In this document: piece by piece, positions 8,922 to 16,502 of the stretch | How the letters are laid out: each line of letters begins with the position of its first letter | How positions within the stretch are numbered: position 1 is the first letter of the stretch | From: Chromatiales bacterium | GTDB taxonomy: Bacteria > Pseudomonadota > Gammaproteobacteria > SZUA-140 | Reading direction: 5' to 3' | NCBI GenBank assembly: GCA_031285245.1 | Contig: JAITWN010000165.1 | Span: 1 to 32,525, forward strand | DNA length: 32,525 nucleotides | Notes under the pieces: generated by a model | Database searches by the model: none | What the model was told of the DNA's origin: nothing | The model's input: only the letters and a program-made list of their open reading frames with translations | Translations under genes and position numbers: made by a program

Positions 8922-9385
8922 CCGCTTTTTTCCCCAGAATCAGGATGATCAGATTTACTGCGATAGACCTCTTCTCGCGGCAACCGCCCATAGGTACGTT
9001 TGATAATAATTTCACCAAAGACGCCACCGAAAGCTGCCGCCTCAACCGCCAAGATCACAAACATTATCCAGAAAGGGAAATACAGAAGCTGAGTACCAAA
9101 TGGGGGTTCAGTAAAATAGAGATAGTTGGCATAGCCGATGCTGCGCACGATCAACGGCGGAAAATAGCATAACCATTTTCCACCCAGACCAAAAATCATT
9201 GCTACTACGACGCCAGAAATCAGCGGGACAACAAATATATTGACCATCCACAGCGCTGAAAAAGTATCAAGACCTCGCCACAGTTCAATATTCACTCCAA
9301 GTAAAATATCGCCAAGGTAATTGACAGCACAGCCAGCAAGCAGTGCGATAAAACCTGTGAGATTACGCTTGAATTGCTTGTTCAT
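8918..9385 (-). CDS. Hypothetical ~4-TM membrane protein
   Basis: Hydrophobic helices; ATG 9385 overlaps the upstream TAA (TAATG), so it is preferred over the track start. Confidence 0.75.
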   Translation of the reverse strand: MNKQFKRNLTGFIALLAGCAVNYLGDILLGVNIELWRGLDTFSALWMVNIFVVPLISGVVVAMIFGLGGKWLCYFPPLIVRSIGYANYLYFTEPPFGTQLLYFPFWIMFVILAVEAAAFGGVFGEIIIKRTYGRLPREEVYRSKSDHPDSGEKSG

Positions 9386-9873
9386 TAGCAGTCGTTCTCG
9401 CTTCCTGTCAGTTTGGCGCAACGCGCACGGCGAACTTCATCCAGATCCCAATCGCGAACCTTGAGACTGGCCATATACGCCGCAAGTGTGCGTCGCTCAC
9501 TCTCAGGAAGGTGGGCAAAAGAAGGCATTTGATATTCTTCTTTCAATCGCGAAGGAAGAATTTGCTGGGGATTCTGCGCGGAGAAATATTCAAAAAACCA
9601 TTCCTCACTGTGGATGGATCCCATGCCATCCAATGCGGGCGCTGGCACAGCTTGCATAAGGTTGCGCACTGTCCATAGCGTGTGGCATTCCTTGCAGTTC
9701 TGCTGCCGGTAAATTTCCCCAGCCTCGTGAAGTAAAGCAGCGGACGCCGTCGTGTAAAAAGGAATTTCACGATCGTGTTCGCTGCTCTCCCGCTGACGCA
9801 GAAAGTTCCAGAGCATTGCCCCCAGAACAACTACTGCGATGAGGAGATAAATCCTCTTCTCACCTGTCCTCAT
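9385..9873 (-). CDS. Membrane-anchored monoheme cytochrome c (CcoO/NorC-like)
   Basis: N-terminal TM helix, CKECH, APALDGMG...EW and MPSF (axial Met). Confidence 0.85.
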   Translation of the reverse strand: MRTGEKRIYLLIAVVVLGAMLWNFLRQRESSEHDREIPFYTTASAALLHEAGEIYRQQNCKECHTLWTVRNLMQAVPAPALDGMGSIHSEEWFFEYFSAQNPQQILPSRLKEEYQMPSFAHLPESERRTLAAYMASLKVRDWDLDEVRRARCAKLTGSENDC

Positions 9874-10153
9874 GCTGCTTCGCGTGCTGCGCCTTCTCCT
9901 GCGCCTTCTCGCGCAGAAATTCTTCGCGGCGCTTAACCTGCTGTGCTAATACCTCACGGCTTTTGGCATACTCCTCAGGAGACATTTTGTCCTTGTCGTT
10001 CTCATCGAAGACCAGGTATTTGATGTCTTCATCAAACTGCTCATTCTTATAAGCCCAGCGCAAACCGTACATGGCAGCAAAAATAATTAACCCACCAGCG
10101 ACCAGCCATATATAAATGGTCCATCCGTCTGGAAGTGATTGTAAGAAATTCAT
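9860..10153 (-). CDS. ccoS: CcoS/FixS-like cbb3 maturation protein with charged C-terminal extension
   Basis: Single TM helix followed by WAYKNEQFDED, similar to the CcoS W...GQFDD motif; SD GGAGG upstream. Confidence 0.65.
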   Translation of the reverse strand: MNFLQSLPDGWTIYIWLVAGGLIIFAAMYGLRWAYKNEQFDEDIKYLVFDENDKDKMSPEEYAKSREVLAQQVKRREEFLREKAQEKAQHAKQHEDR

Positions 10154-10165
10154 GATTGCCTCCTC

Positions 10166-10498
10166 CTAGAAAAGTCGGCCATATAACAATTGTAAAGCAC
10201 CAAACCCAACCGCAACAAACATACCGGCGACTATCATGAGAAATAATAGCTTCTCTCCAAACTTCAACCCGCCGCTCGCTTTGGAACTGAGGAAAAAACG
10301 AAACACGATAGCCGCGAAAACCGTAACCCCAATTAACATGAAGAAAAAGATGCCAATGCTGAATCGGTAACTTTCCATACCCTCGATCGTCCAATAGGAC
10401 GACGGGCCGCTCGCTTGCGCTTGTTGCTGTACCGTAATTACCGCGGAGTCCAATCGCGCCAGCAGTGACTGAAGAGGTTCGAACAGAGCCAATTTCAT
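10166..10498 (-). CDS. Hypothetical 2-TM membrane protein
   Basis: Two hydrophobic helices linked by GGLKFGEK; co-directional with neighbours; start codon uncertain. Confidence 0.7.
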   Translation of the reverse strand: MKLALFEPLQSLLARLDSAVITVQQQAQASGPSSYWTIEGMESYRFSIGIFFFMLIGVTVFAAIVFRFFLSSKASGGLKFGEKLLFLMIVAGMFVAVGFGALQLLYGRLF

Positions 10499-10546
10499 GG
10501 TGAGAAAGGAAACCAGAAAAGAAGAAATAAACCTTCAGGGGTATAT

Positions 10547-10580
10547 AAAAAAACGATGCCGCTTTTTCAAGCGGCATCGT
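10547..10580 (-). terminator. Rho-independent terminator after the core oxidase genes
   Basis: Minus strand ACGATGCCGCT-tgaaaa-AGCGGCATCGT followed by a T run. Confidence 0.85.
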
Positions 10581-10610
10581 CTTGGTTCACACAGGAAACG
10601 CTAACCAACC

Positions 10611-10742
10611 TTACTCGTTGTCCCGGATGTGCGGAGCGCCTTTGTCATATTTATCTACAAAAAAGCTGTAAATAAAAGGCACAATGAACACAACAATAAT
10701 CGGGAGCAAGAGCACAAGCGGAGGATTATCGACATCAATCAT
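10611..10742 (-). CDS. 43-aa single-TM microprotein MIDVDNPPLVLLLPIIVVFIVPFIYSFFVDKYDKGAPHIRDNE (not in ORF track; CcoQ-like size)
   Basis: Translated by hand. SD GGAGAG upstream; fills the gap between the 211-aa gene and the terminator. Confidence 0.75.
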   Translation of the reverse strand: MIDVDNPPLVLLLPIIVVFIVPFIYSFFVDKYDKGAPHIRDNE

Positions 10743-10769
10743 GACTGTTAACTCTCCAGGTTATATTAA

Positions 10770-11405
10770 TCAATGACCATGATGAACTGGCTGCCAACGA
10801 TAGTTGGGCAGGCGCTTCACCGCAATCATTACTGCCAGACAAAAGTAGGTTACGTAGAAGATATCGATGGTGTAGCCTTTGTCCCACCAGGGCTGCTTAC
10901 GCTCACGCGTACCATCCGCCTTCCAGTTACCCTCGAAGTTCGCCAGCAATACTTTGTAGCCGACGATGGTGTACTCTTCGAGATCCACCCGCGAGTTTTG
11001 CAACTCAATGATCTGATCTTTGACCAGGCGCAATTCGTTCATCGACAATGGATGGCGAACCTGCAGGGCTTCATACTTCGATTGGCCTTCACGAACAATC
11101 CTTACGATCTCAGCCATTGCTGCCTGATCACCGCCCGCTGCCTGCGCAGCTTGAACACGAGGACTATCCATCGCCGCCACATATTCAGCGTAAATTGCGG
11201 CCTGCGGACGTTGGCCCCAGAGCGGGAATGTCATCAGAAACGCGCTGATGATAGTCAGTCCCAGCAGCCATACCACAGGACGCGGCAGACGATTGTTGTC
11301 TTCGGTAATGCCGCCAAGCCCTTCAGCCTCCCACAGCTTGCGGGCCTTATCATTTTGCTCCTCATCAGAAAGACTGAAGAGCGGGTTGTCAAATTTCCAG
11401 GCCAT
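10770..11405 (-). CDS. Heme-less 2-TM protein with CcoP/FixP N-terminal-like anchor
   Basis: GITEDNNRLPR followed by a TM helix resembles the FixP_N GIeE.dNplP motif; no CxxCH; directly downstream of ccoO; strong SD. Confidence 0.8.
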   Translation of the reverse strand: MAWKFDNPLFSLSDEEQNDKARKLWEAEGLGGITEDNNRLPRPVVWLLGLTIISAFLMTFPLWGQRPQAAIYAEYVAAMDSPRVQAAQAAGGDQAAMAEIVRIVREGQSKYEALQVRHPLSMNELRLVKDQIIELQNSRVDLEEYTIVGYKVLLANFEGNWKADGTRERKQPWWDKGYTIDIFYVTYFCLAVMIAVKRLPNYRWQPVHHGH

Positions 11406-11420
11406 GTCTTCCCCCTCTCC

Positions 11421-12371
11421 TTATTTCAGACTCAGAACAAAGTCAATCAGGTAACGCGCATCGCTCTTAGAAGCGGGCTCAGGCACTTCCGGCGGATAAA
11501 TCCGCTTGCCGGAGGCAAAGTCGCTATAGTCAGCGCGCCACTGGTTGTAGTTGATGACATTGCCACTCGCATCCTTCTCACCCCACAGATAGTCATAGCG
11601 GGGCATGATGGAGTGCGGTTGCACCAAGCGCGGATTGAAGAAGTGCATCATCATCCATTCGCGTGAAGAGTTACGTGAACCGACATGCAACAGATCAGGC
11701 GCTTTACGATCCGAACCAAACGCAGTTGGTGATTCGCTGTTGAAGTCACCGAGACGTGGCGGCGCACCAAACGACTGCCAGTCCTGGGTCTGCTCAGGCA
11801 ACAGCGTGTGGCACCACCAGCAGCCTTCGCGCACGAACATAATCTTGCCCGAGCCGACGTGCTGCGTGTCTTTATCGCTGACCGCCTTCAGAACCATATC
11901 CGGCGTCCAACCATGGGTCGCGGTGGCGTTTTCGATGTAATGAATGGGCTCACCATTCCACCGCCCCTCAGTCACCACAAAAACCGCACCTTGAGCTTGA
12001 TTAGCTTGACCAATCTTGCCTTTATCCAAGCTCAGATCTTCAACCCCCTTACCCATGATTCGGGGATGCCGGATCGAACTGGTGAAAGGTACGCCTGCGT
12101 CGTAAACATAGGCATAGGTCTCGTCGATCGGCGCGCCGGTTTTTGGATCGTTCCGGAGTACAACCGTCAGAGGCTTGTTATCTCCATGCAGGAACGGATC
12201 TTCAACCGAGAAACCACCCACACGACCATACATCAAGCCTTTTCTCAGACCCATTTCGGTTGAGGACACCTGCACAATGTCCAGGCTGGGCATGTACAGT
12301 GTGATCATCATTGATCCACCGAGCGCGATACCGAACAATCTCGCGCCAACTTTATATTCGCGGAATGCCAC
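11421..12371 (-). CDS. ccoO: cbb3-type cytochrome c oxidase subunit II (CcoO) with extra N-terminal periplasmic segment
   Basis: REGCWWCHT, GSDRKAPDLLHVG and HFFNPRLVQPHSIMPRY are CcoO signatures; GTG start with SD GGAGG. Confidence 0.88.
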   Translation of the reverse strand: MAFREYKVGARLFGIALGGSMMITLYMPSLDIVQVSSTEMGLRKGLMYGRVGGFSVEDPFLHGDNKPLTVVLRNDPKTGAPIDETYAYVYDAGVPFTSSIRHPRIMGKGVEDLSLDKGKIGQANQAQGAVFVVTEGRWNGEPIHYIENATATHGWTPDMVLKAVSDKDTQHVGSGKIMFVREGCWWCHTLLPEQTQDWQSFGAPPRLGDFNSESPTAFGSDRKAPDLLHVGSRNSSREWMMMHFFNPRLVQPHSIMPRYDYLWGEKDASGNVINYNQWRADYSDFASGKRIYPPEVPEPASKSDARYLIDFVLSLK

Positions 12372-12412
12372 GTCTGATTCCTCCCCTAAATATTATGCTT
12401 GCGGATATCCGA

Positions 12413-13819
12413 TTAGCGCTCGTACGCAATCTCGTGGGGCAGACGGCCCGCCGGGATTACAGTACCTTCGCGCGCAGTCATCCACATGTTGTAGAGCCAG
12501 ACGAGATTTCCGGTGAAAACCATGGTGCCGCCCACCCAACGCGCGATCATATACGGATGCTCCGCAATCACGACGTCAATGTAAGGAACCTCATAGATCT
12601 TACCTGCGCCCTGGATCAAACCTGCAATGGTCATCGAGATCCAGTAGATCGTGAAACCGATCAGCAGGAACCAGAAATGGAAGTTGGCCAGTGCGAGCGA
12701 ATACAACTTGCGGCGCATGATGGTCTGCAAGCCGTAGTAAACTGCAGCTGCTTCCAAGAAGGTGGAGAAGCCAAGCAGCGCAAGGTGAGCATGCGCCACG
12801 ATCCAGCCAGTACCATGGATATACCAGTTGATCGCACGGGTCTGCTGGAAACCACCCTGCATGTTGAGCGGAATCGCCATCAGCACGCCGGTGATGGTGA
12901 ATTTGATCTCAACGTTGTCGACAAAGAAACGCCACTTGCCCGTCATGGTGAGCAGCAGGTTCGACACGAAAGCGATTGCCGGCACCAGAATCAACACACC
13001 TTCCACTGAAGCGAATGACTTGAGCCACTCCGGCAACGGAGAAGACATCAAATGATGCGCAGCAGGCGTGGAGTAGAACACCACCACTGACCAGAAGTGC
13101 AAGTGACCGATACGGTGTGAATAGAGCGGATTACCCGTAATCTTCGGCACTGTATAGTAAGCAATAGCTGCAGCAACTGGTGTAATCCACAAACCGAGCA
13201 CATTGTGTGCGAACCACCAAGTCAGATACGCCTCGGTGAGCCCGGTGAGCTGGAAGTACTCCGGCAGGTTACCTACGAACAGCACGATGAACAGCATAAA
13301 GACCGCAGAAGCGAAGAACCAGTTGGTAGTGTAGATACCCTGAGTACGACGCTTGATAACCGTCATCCAAACGTTGATGCCGAGCGGCACAATGACACCA
13401 AACAGGATGATGAGGTCAATGAACCAAGGGAAGTCGGAGTATTCACGGCCAGAACTCATACCCGACCAAAGACACGTCAATGCTATCGACAAACCTGCAT
13501 TCCAGACGAAACAGTTCCAAACACCGAGTTTTTCAGACCAGAGCTTGGTATTACCGAGGGCTGGCGTGATGTACATCATTGCCATCGCGAAAGCCATCGA
13601 AATCCAGCCGAAAATCACGGCCATCACATGCACCTGACGCATGTGCCCAAACGAGAACAGTTCCGAACCAGTAACAAAGTCAGGGAACGCAAGCTTGGCG
13701 GCATTGAACGAGCCAAGACCCGTCCCAATAACAAACCAAACGATGGAAGAAATGCCAAAATATACGGCGGATGAACCCCTTGGGATATCCTCGGTTTTGG
13801 CGAACAGGTACTTGAACAT
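12413..13819 (-). CDS. ccoN: C-family (cbb3-type) heme-copper oxidase subunit I, divergent
   Basis: All six His ligands present (RQVH, WWFAHN, AAHH, AHAH); helix VII Tyr in YSTPAAHH has the C-family spacing; REY, YYTVPK and LYS..HFW motifs. Confidence 0.93.
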   Translation of the reverse strand: MFKYLFAKTEDIPRGSSAVYFGISSIVWFVIGTGLGSFNAAKLAFPDFVTGSELFSFGHMRQVHVMAVIFGWISMAFAMAMMYITPALGNTKLWSEKLGVWNCFVWNAGLSIALTCLWSGMSSGREYSDFPWFIDLIILFGVIVPLGINVWMTVIKRRTQGIYTTNWFFASAVFMLFIVLFVGNLPEYFQLTGLTEAYLTWWFAHNVLGLWITPVAAAIAYYTVPKITGNPLYSHRIGHLHFWSVVVFYSTPAAHHLMSSPLPEWLKSFASVEGVLILVPAIAFVSNLLLTMTGKWRFFVDNVEIKFTITGVLMAIPLNMQGGFQQTRAINWYIHGTGWIVAHAHLALLGFSTFLEAAAVYYGLQTIMRRKLYSLALANFHFWFLLIGFTIYWISMTIAGLIQGAGKIYEVPYIDVVIAEHPYMIARWVGGTMVFTGNLVWLYNMWMTAREGTVIPAGRLPHEIAYER

Positions 13820-13912
13820 CGGACTTACCTCCCCCCTAAAGCGCTATTTTCGTAATCCCTGCCTGCATTTTCCGTGGCCTAAATATATAGAGCCCGCGGA
13901 AGCAATGCTTAA

Positions 13913-14008
13913 TCAGGAATGATCGCCCGGCATCAGCAAATACCAAGCAAACCACATGCTCGAAAACGCGAGCATAATACAACTGATTGCTGCAATCATA
14001 GCCAACAT
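13913..14008 (-). CDS. 31-aa single-TM microprotein MLAMIAAISCIMLAFSSMWFAWYLLMPGDHS (not in ORF track)
   Basis: Translated by hand. Strong SD GAGGAGG; lies between the 91-aa gene and ccoN. Confidence 0.7.
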   Translation of the reverse strand: MLAMIAAISCIMLAFSSMWFAWYLLMPGDHS

Positions 14009-14068
14009 TGCTACCGCCTCCTCGGATACTGGTGAACTCGCGGACAGACCCGAATACTGAACTCGGAA

Positions 14069-14344
14069 TTAATGGGCCGACTTTTCGAGTTCGCCGTGGC
14101 GCTTGAGCGCGAGCATCACGATAATCGTGAATGCCACGCCGAACACGATCATGCACCAGTTCATGAAGCCCTGGAACGTGACCACGTTATAGGCATCGAG
14201 CCCTATGCCACCCCAATCATCGAAAGGACCGCGGCCCAGCGCGCACATAAGTGCCGCACCGAACACGCTGCCATTGCCCATGCCGGTGAGACCGCCACCG
14301 ATGACGGCTACCCAGAAGGTTTTACTGTAGGTGAGACGATTCAT
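14069..14344 (-). CDS. Gly-rich 2-TM membrane protein, first gene of the ccoN operon
   Basis: SD GGAGGGGAG; two hydrophobic segments; GGGLTGMGNGSVFG. Confidence 0.8.
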   Translation of the reverse strand: MNRLTYSKTFWVAVIGGGLTGMGNGSVFGAALMCALGRGPFDDWGGIGLDAYNVVTFQGFMNWCMIVFGVAFTIIVMLALKRHGELEKSAH

Positions 14345-14534
14345 TAACTCCCCTCCGCAGGACTCTGAAATCCGGACATCCTTTCGGCACGCGTGATGTT
14401 ATGACTTATCGCGCCGGTATTCTGGCTTGCTCGATTAACAACTCGAGATAGTGCCAGATGACTACAAAGACGACCTTACTATATTTGTGGCTACAGATGC
14501 TTGCATAGCGATTTCCCCTCGTCAAGCCTGGATA

Positions 14535-14548
14535 TTGATACTTCTCAA
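14535..14548. promoter_or_regulatory. FNR/ANR-type binding site
   Basis: TTGAT-ACTT-CTCAA matches 9/10 of TTGAT-N4-ATCAA, in the divergent intergenic region upstream of the ccoN operon. Confidence 0.65.
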
Positions 14549-14713
14549 TGCAGACTTAATTTTAAAGAAAATCTGATGCCACTAATAATTTTGCACTGCA
14601 GAGAATATCAACCCTGCTGGCCGTCTGCAAGTGTTGAACAGCATGATTATTGAATATTGCAAGCGCATCTATCATGCTTTGATCTTCAGGCTCGAAGTGA
14701 TGTTGGAGAACAC

Positions 14714-14911
14714 GTGAAAGAACTAATTTTTTATGGAATCGTCGGCGTATCCGCGCTTTTCATCCTGGGATTTTCGATACACATGCTGATTGGCGGACTG
14801 GTTGCGCCTGAAACCGAGCAACTCATCATTGTCGCAGCTTGTGTAAGCGGTATAGGCGCCATGGCCTATATGGTGTGGGATGTGCGCAAACGGCGGCGGC
14901 AGCCGCATTGA
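14714..14911 (+). CDS. 65-aa 2-TM membrane protein
   Basis: GTG 14714 preceded by SD GGAGA; two TM helices and an Arg-rich tail. Confidence 0.7.
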   Translation: MKELIFYGIVGVSALFILGFSIHMLIGGLVAPETEQLIIVAACVSGIGAMAYMVWDVRKRRRQPH

Positions 14912-14912
14912 T

Positions 14913-15368
14913 TCACTTGAAGACGCTCAGCTTACCCAAGATTTCCTGATACATCTTCAGATCGCCAAATTGTCCGCGGTGGAAAACATACTGACGACGC
15001 TGTCCGGATAAATCCATTCCACTCAAACCAAATGACTTTCCAGCGTAGTCCGGGAAAAAACGCACGTCTTTTACTAGTTCGACACGATCGCCGCTGCGCA
15101 AACCGACAGTCACTCGCTCTCGGTCACAACTGAGCGATAACGGCGAAGAAGGCAGTAGCATCAATCGACCAGACAGCACTCGATTAGCGCCGGCAAAGGT
15201 GAAGAAGAATCCCATGAAGAAAAGCAGGTAAGCCCAACTCTGAGAGGAGCTGAACCAAAGCTTGGCGCCAGTTGCGAGTAGGAAAATCACGGTGGGGACA
15301 TATAACAACAAGTCCCACACCATTCCTCTTTTATCCTGAGACAGGAGATAAGGCAAAGGCTCTTGCAT
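14913..15368 (-). CDS. Hypothetical protein with 2 TM helices and a small soluble beta domain
   Basis: Last gene of the 17096-14913 unit, starting 4 nt after the upstream stop. Confidence 0.75.
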   Translation of the reverse strand: MQEPLPYLLSQDKRGMVWDLLLYVPTVIFLLATGAKLWFSSSQSWAYLLFFMGFFFTFAGANRVLSGRLMLLPSSPLSLSCDRERVTVGLRSGDRVELVKDVRFFPDYAGKSFGLSGMDLSGQRRQYVFHRGQFGDLKMYQEILGKLSVFK

Positions 15369-15372
15369 AAGA

Positions 15373-15900
15373 TCAACCGACCTGCTGCCCCCGATCTTCC
15401 TGCCGCAATTGCACCGACATCACTCGTGTGAGCGTGGCATCCAGCTCATCGTAAAGCAATCTGCCCGCACGCTTGAATTGCACGACTTGGTTGCGATCGA
15501 TGACAAAAGTCCAAGGGTCCCCCATAACCTGGAAGGCTGTAAACGCCTCGGGATTGCGATATTGGTCCATGTGCAGGAAGAGTACATCATTCTGGTACTT
15601 TTCCATGATGCCCTTGAGCATTTGCAACTGCACATCGCAGACTGTGCAATGGCCTGGCGTTGCGAATTCAAGTACGACAGGCTTACCTGCCGCCAGCGCT
15701 TTATCAAGAGAGTACTGGTACATCCTTTCGTCAGGATAACGATAGGTCGTGATGAGACTGAAATCACCGCCAACATCAGCGAGAGTCTTGGTAGTTAGGG
15801 AAGGCGCGACAGAGCCTACGGTGACGGACTTTTGTACATCACACGCTGTCAGTGAGAACACCGCCAGGATACCCGCTAACGTCAAAAAACGTTTGCTCAT
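15373..15900 (-). CDS. Thioredoxin-fold lipoprotein (CxxC)
   Basis: Lipobox LTAC; KPVVLEFATPGHCTVC; GDPWTFVID (cis-Pro region); ATGA overlap at 15897-15900. Confidence 0.85.
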   Translation of the reverse strand: MSKRFLTLAGILAVFSLTACDVQKSVTVGSVAPSLTTKTLADVGGDFSLITTYRYPDERMYQYSLDKALAAGKPVVLEFATPGHCTVCDVQLQMLKGIMEKYQNDVLFLHMDQYRNPEAFTAFQVMGDPWTFVIDRNQVVQFKRAGRLLYDELDATLTRVMSVQLRQEDRGQQVG

Positions 15901-16445
15901 CCCTTGCGCCCCCACCCTGGATCTTTTTCCCAACCCATGCAGGTACGAAAAATATTGTAGCCCCAGATCATATTAGCCAGCAGAACCAGAGATCCGAAAA
16001 TACCCAGCGCCCCCATTAGTGGACGGATCATTTTTTCCACTTCATCCGGCGCGTGCAACAAACTCTGCGTTCCGCTGATTATTCCAGCCGTAGTAAACAT
16101 GATTACCATTCCAAGCAAGCCTGTGTTGTGAATCCAAAAATGGACTTTCACCAGACGCAGGCTATGAATTTCGCGTCTTACTAGGCGCGGAATGAAATAA
16201 TACACAGCACCAAAAATCGCCATCTCCACCCAACCCAGCAAGTTGACGTGAGTGTGAGCGCGCACGATCAACTCTCCGCCCATTCCTGCGCGCCCATGAA
16301 CAAATTGGCGAATCTCTGGAATACCGCCCATCAGCGCGCCCCAGGAAAAACCGATGATGCTATATATGATGCAGGCATAGACAAACAGCAGCGTATAACG
16401 TGTGTATTCCTTGTCGATCGCCCAGGGTTCATTGACGCTGCTCAT
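15897..16445 (-). CDS. Single-repeat (~4 TM) heme-copper oxidase subunit I-like protein
   Basis: AHTHVNLLGW...AVYYFIP...RR..HS...HFW aligns without gaps to CcoN helices X-XI; ATG 16445 has SD AGGAG. Confidence 0.8.
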   Translation of the reverse strand: MSSVNEPWAIDKEYTRYTLLFVYACIIYSIIGFSWGALMGGIPEIRQFVHGRAGMGGELIVRAHTHVNLLGWVEMAIFGAVYYFIPRLVRREIHSLRLVKVHFWIHNTGLLGMVIMFTTAGIISGTQSLLHAPDEVEKMIRPLMGALGIFGSLVLLANMIWGYNIFRTCMGWEKDPGWGRKG

Positions 16446-16502
16446 TTCCGCTCCTGTCTTGCTACACACTTAAATCAAAGTTACAAACCATAATCAAAAA
16501 TT

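Noticed and set aside
3425-13774. Long plus-strand ORFs such as 3425..4204, 8055..8714, 10773..11666, 12311..13009 and 13205..13774
   Set aside because: They are antisense shadows of well-supported minus-strand genes and have no recognisable motifs.
13836-14156. 106-aa minus-strand ORF in the track
   Set aside because: It overlaps the 91-aa gene and the 31-aa microprotein in another frame and lacks a convincing RBS or protein-like features.
14462-14506. 14-aa minus-strand ORF MQASVATNIVRSSL preceded by GAGGGG
   Set aside because: Too short, no TM or leader-peptide signature, and it lies in the probable promoter region.
14345-14713. Possible sigma54 promoters (TGGCAC/TGGCAT hits), considered because rpoN is nearby
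   Set aside because: None has the conserved GC at the -12 position with correct spacing.
965-16445. Reading the two short CcoN-like ORFs as pseudogene fragments or halves of a split ccoN
   Set aside because: Both match the same HxH repeat, have clean stops coupled to the next gene, and no adjacent frameshifted remainder is visible.
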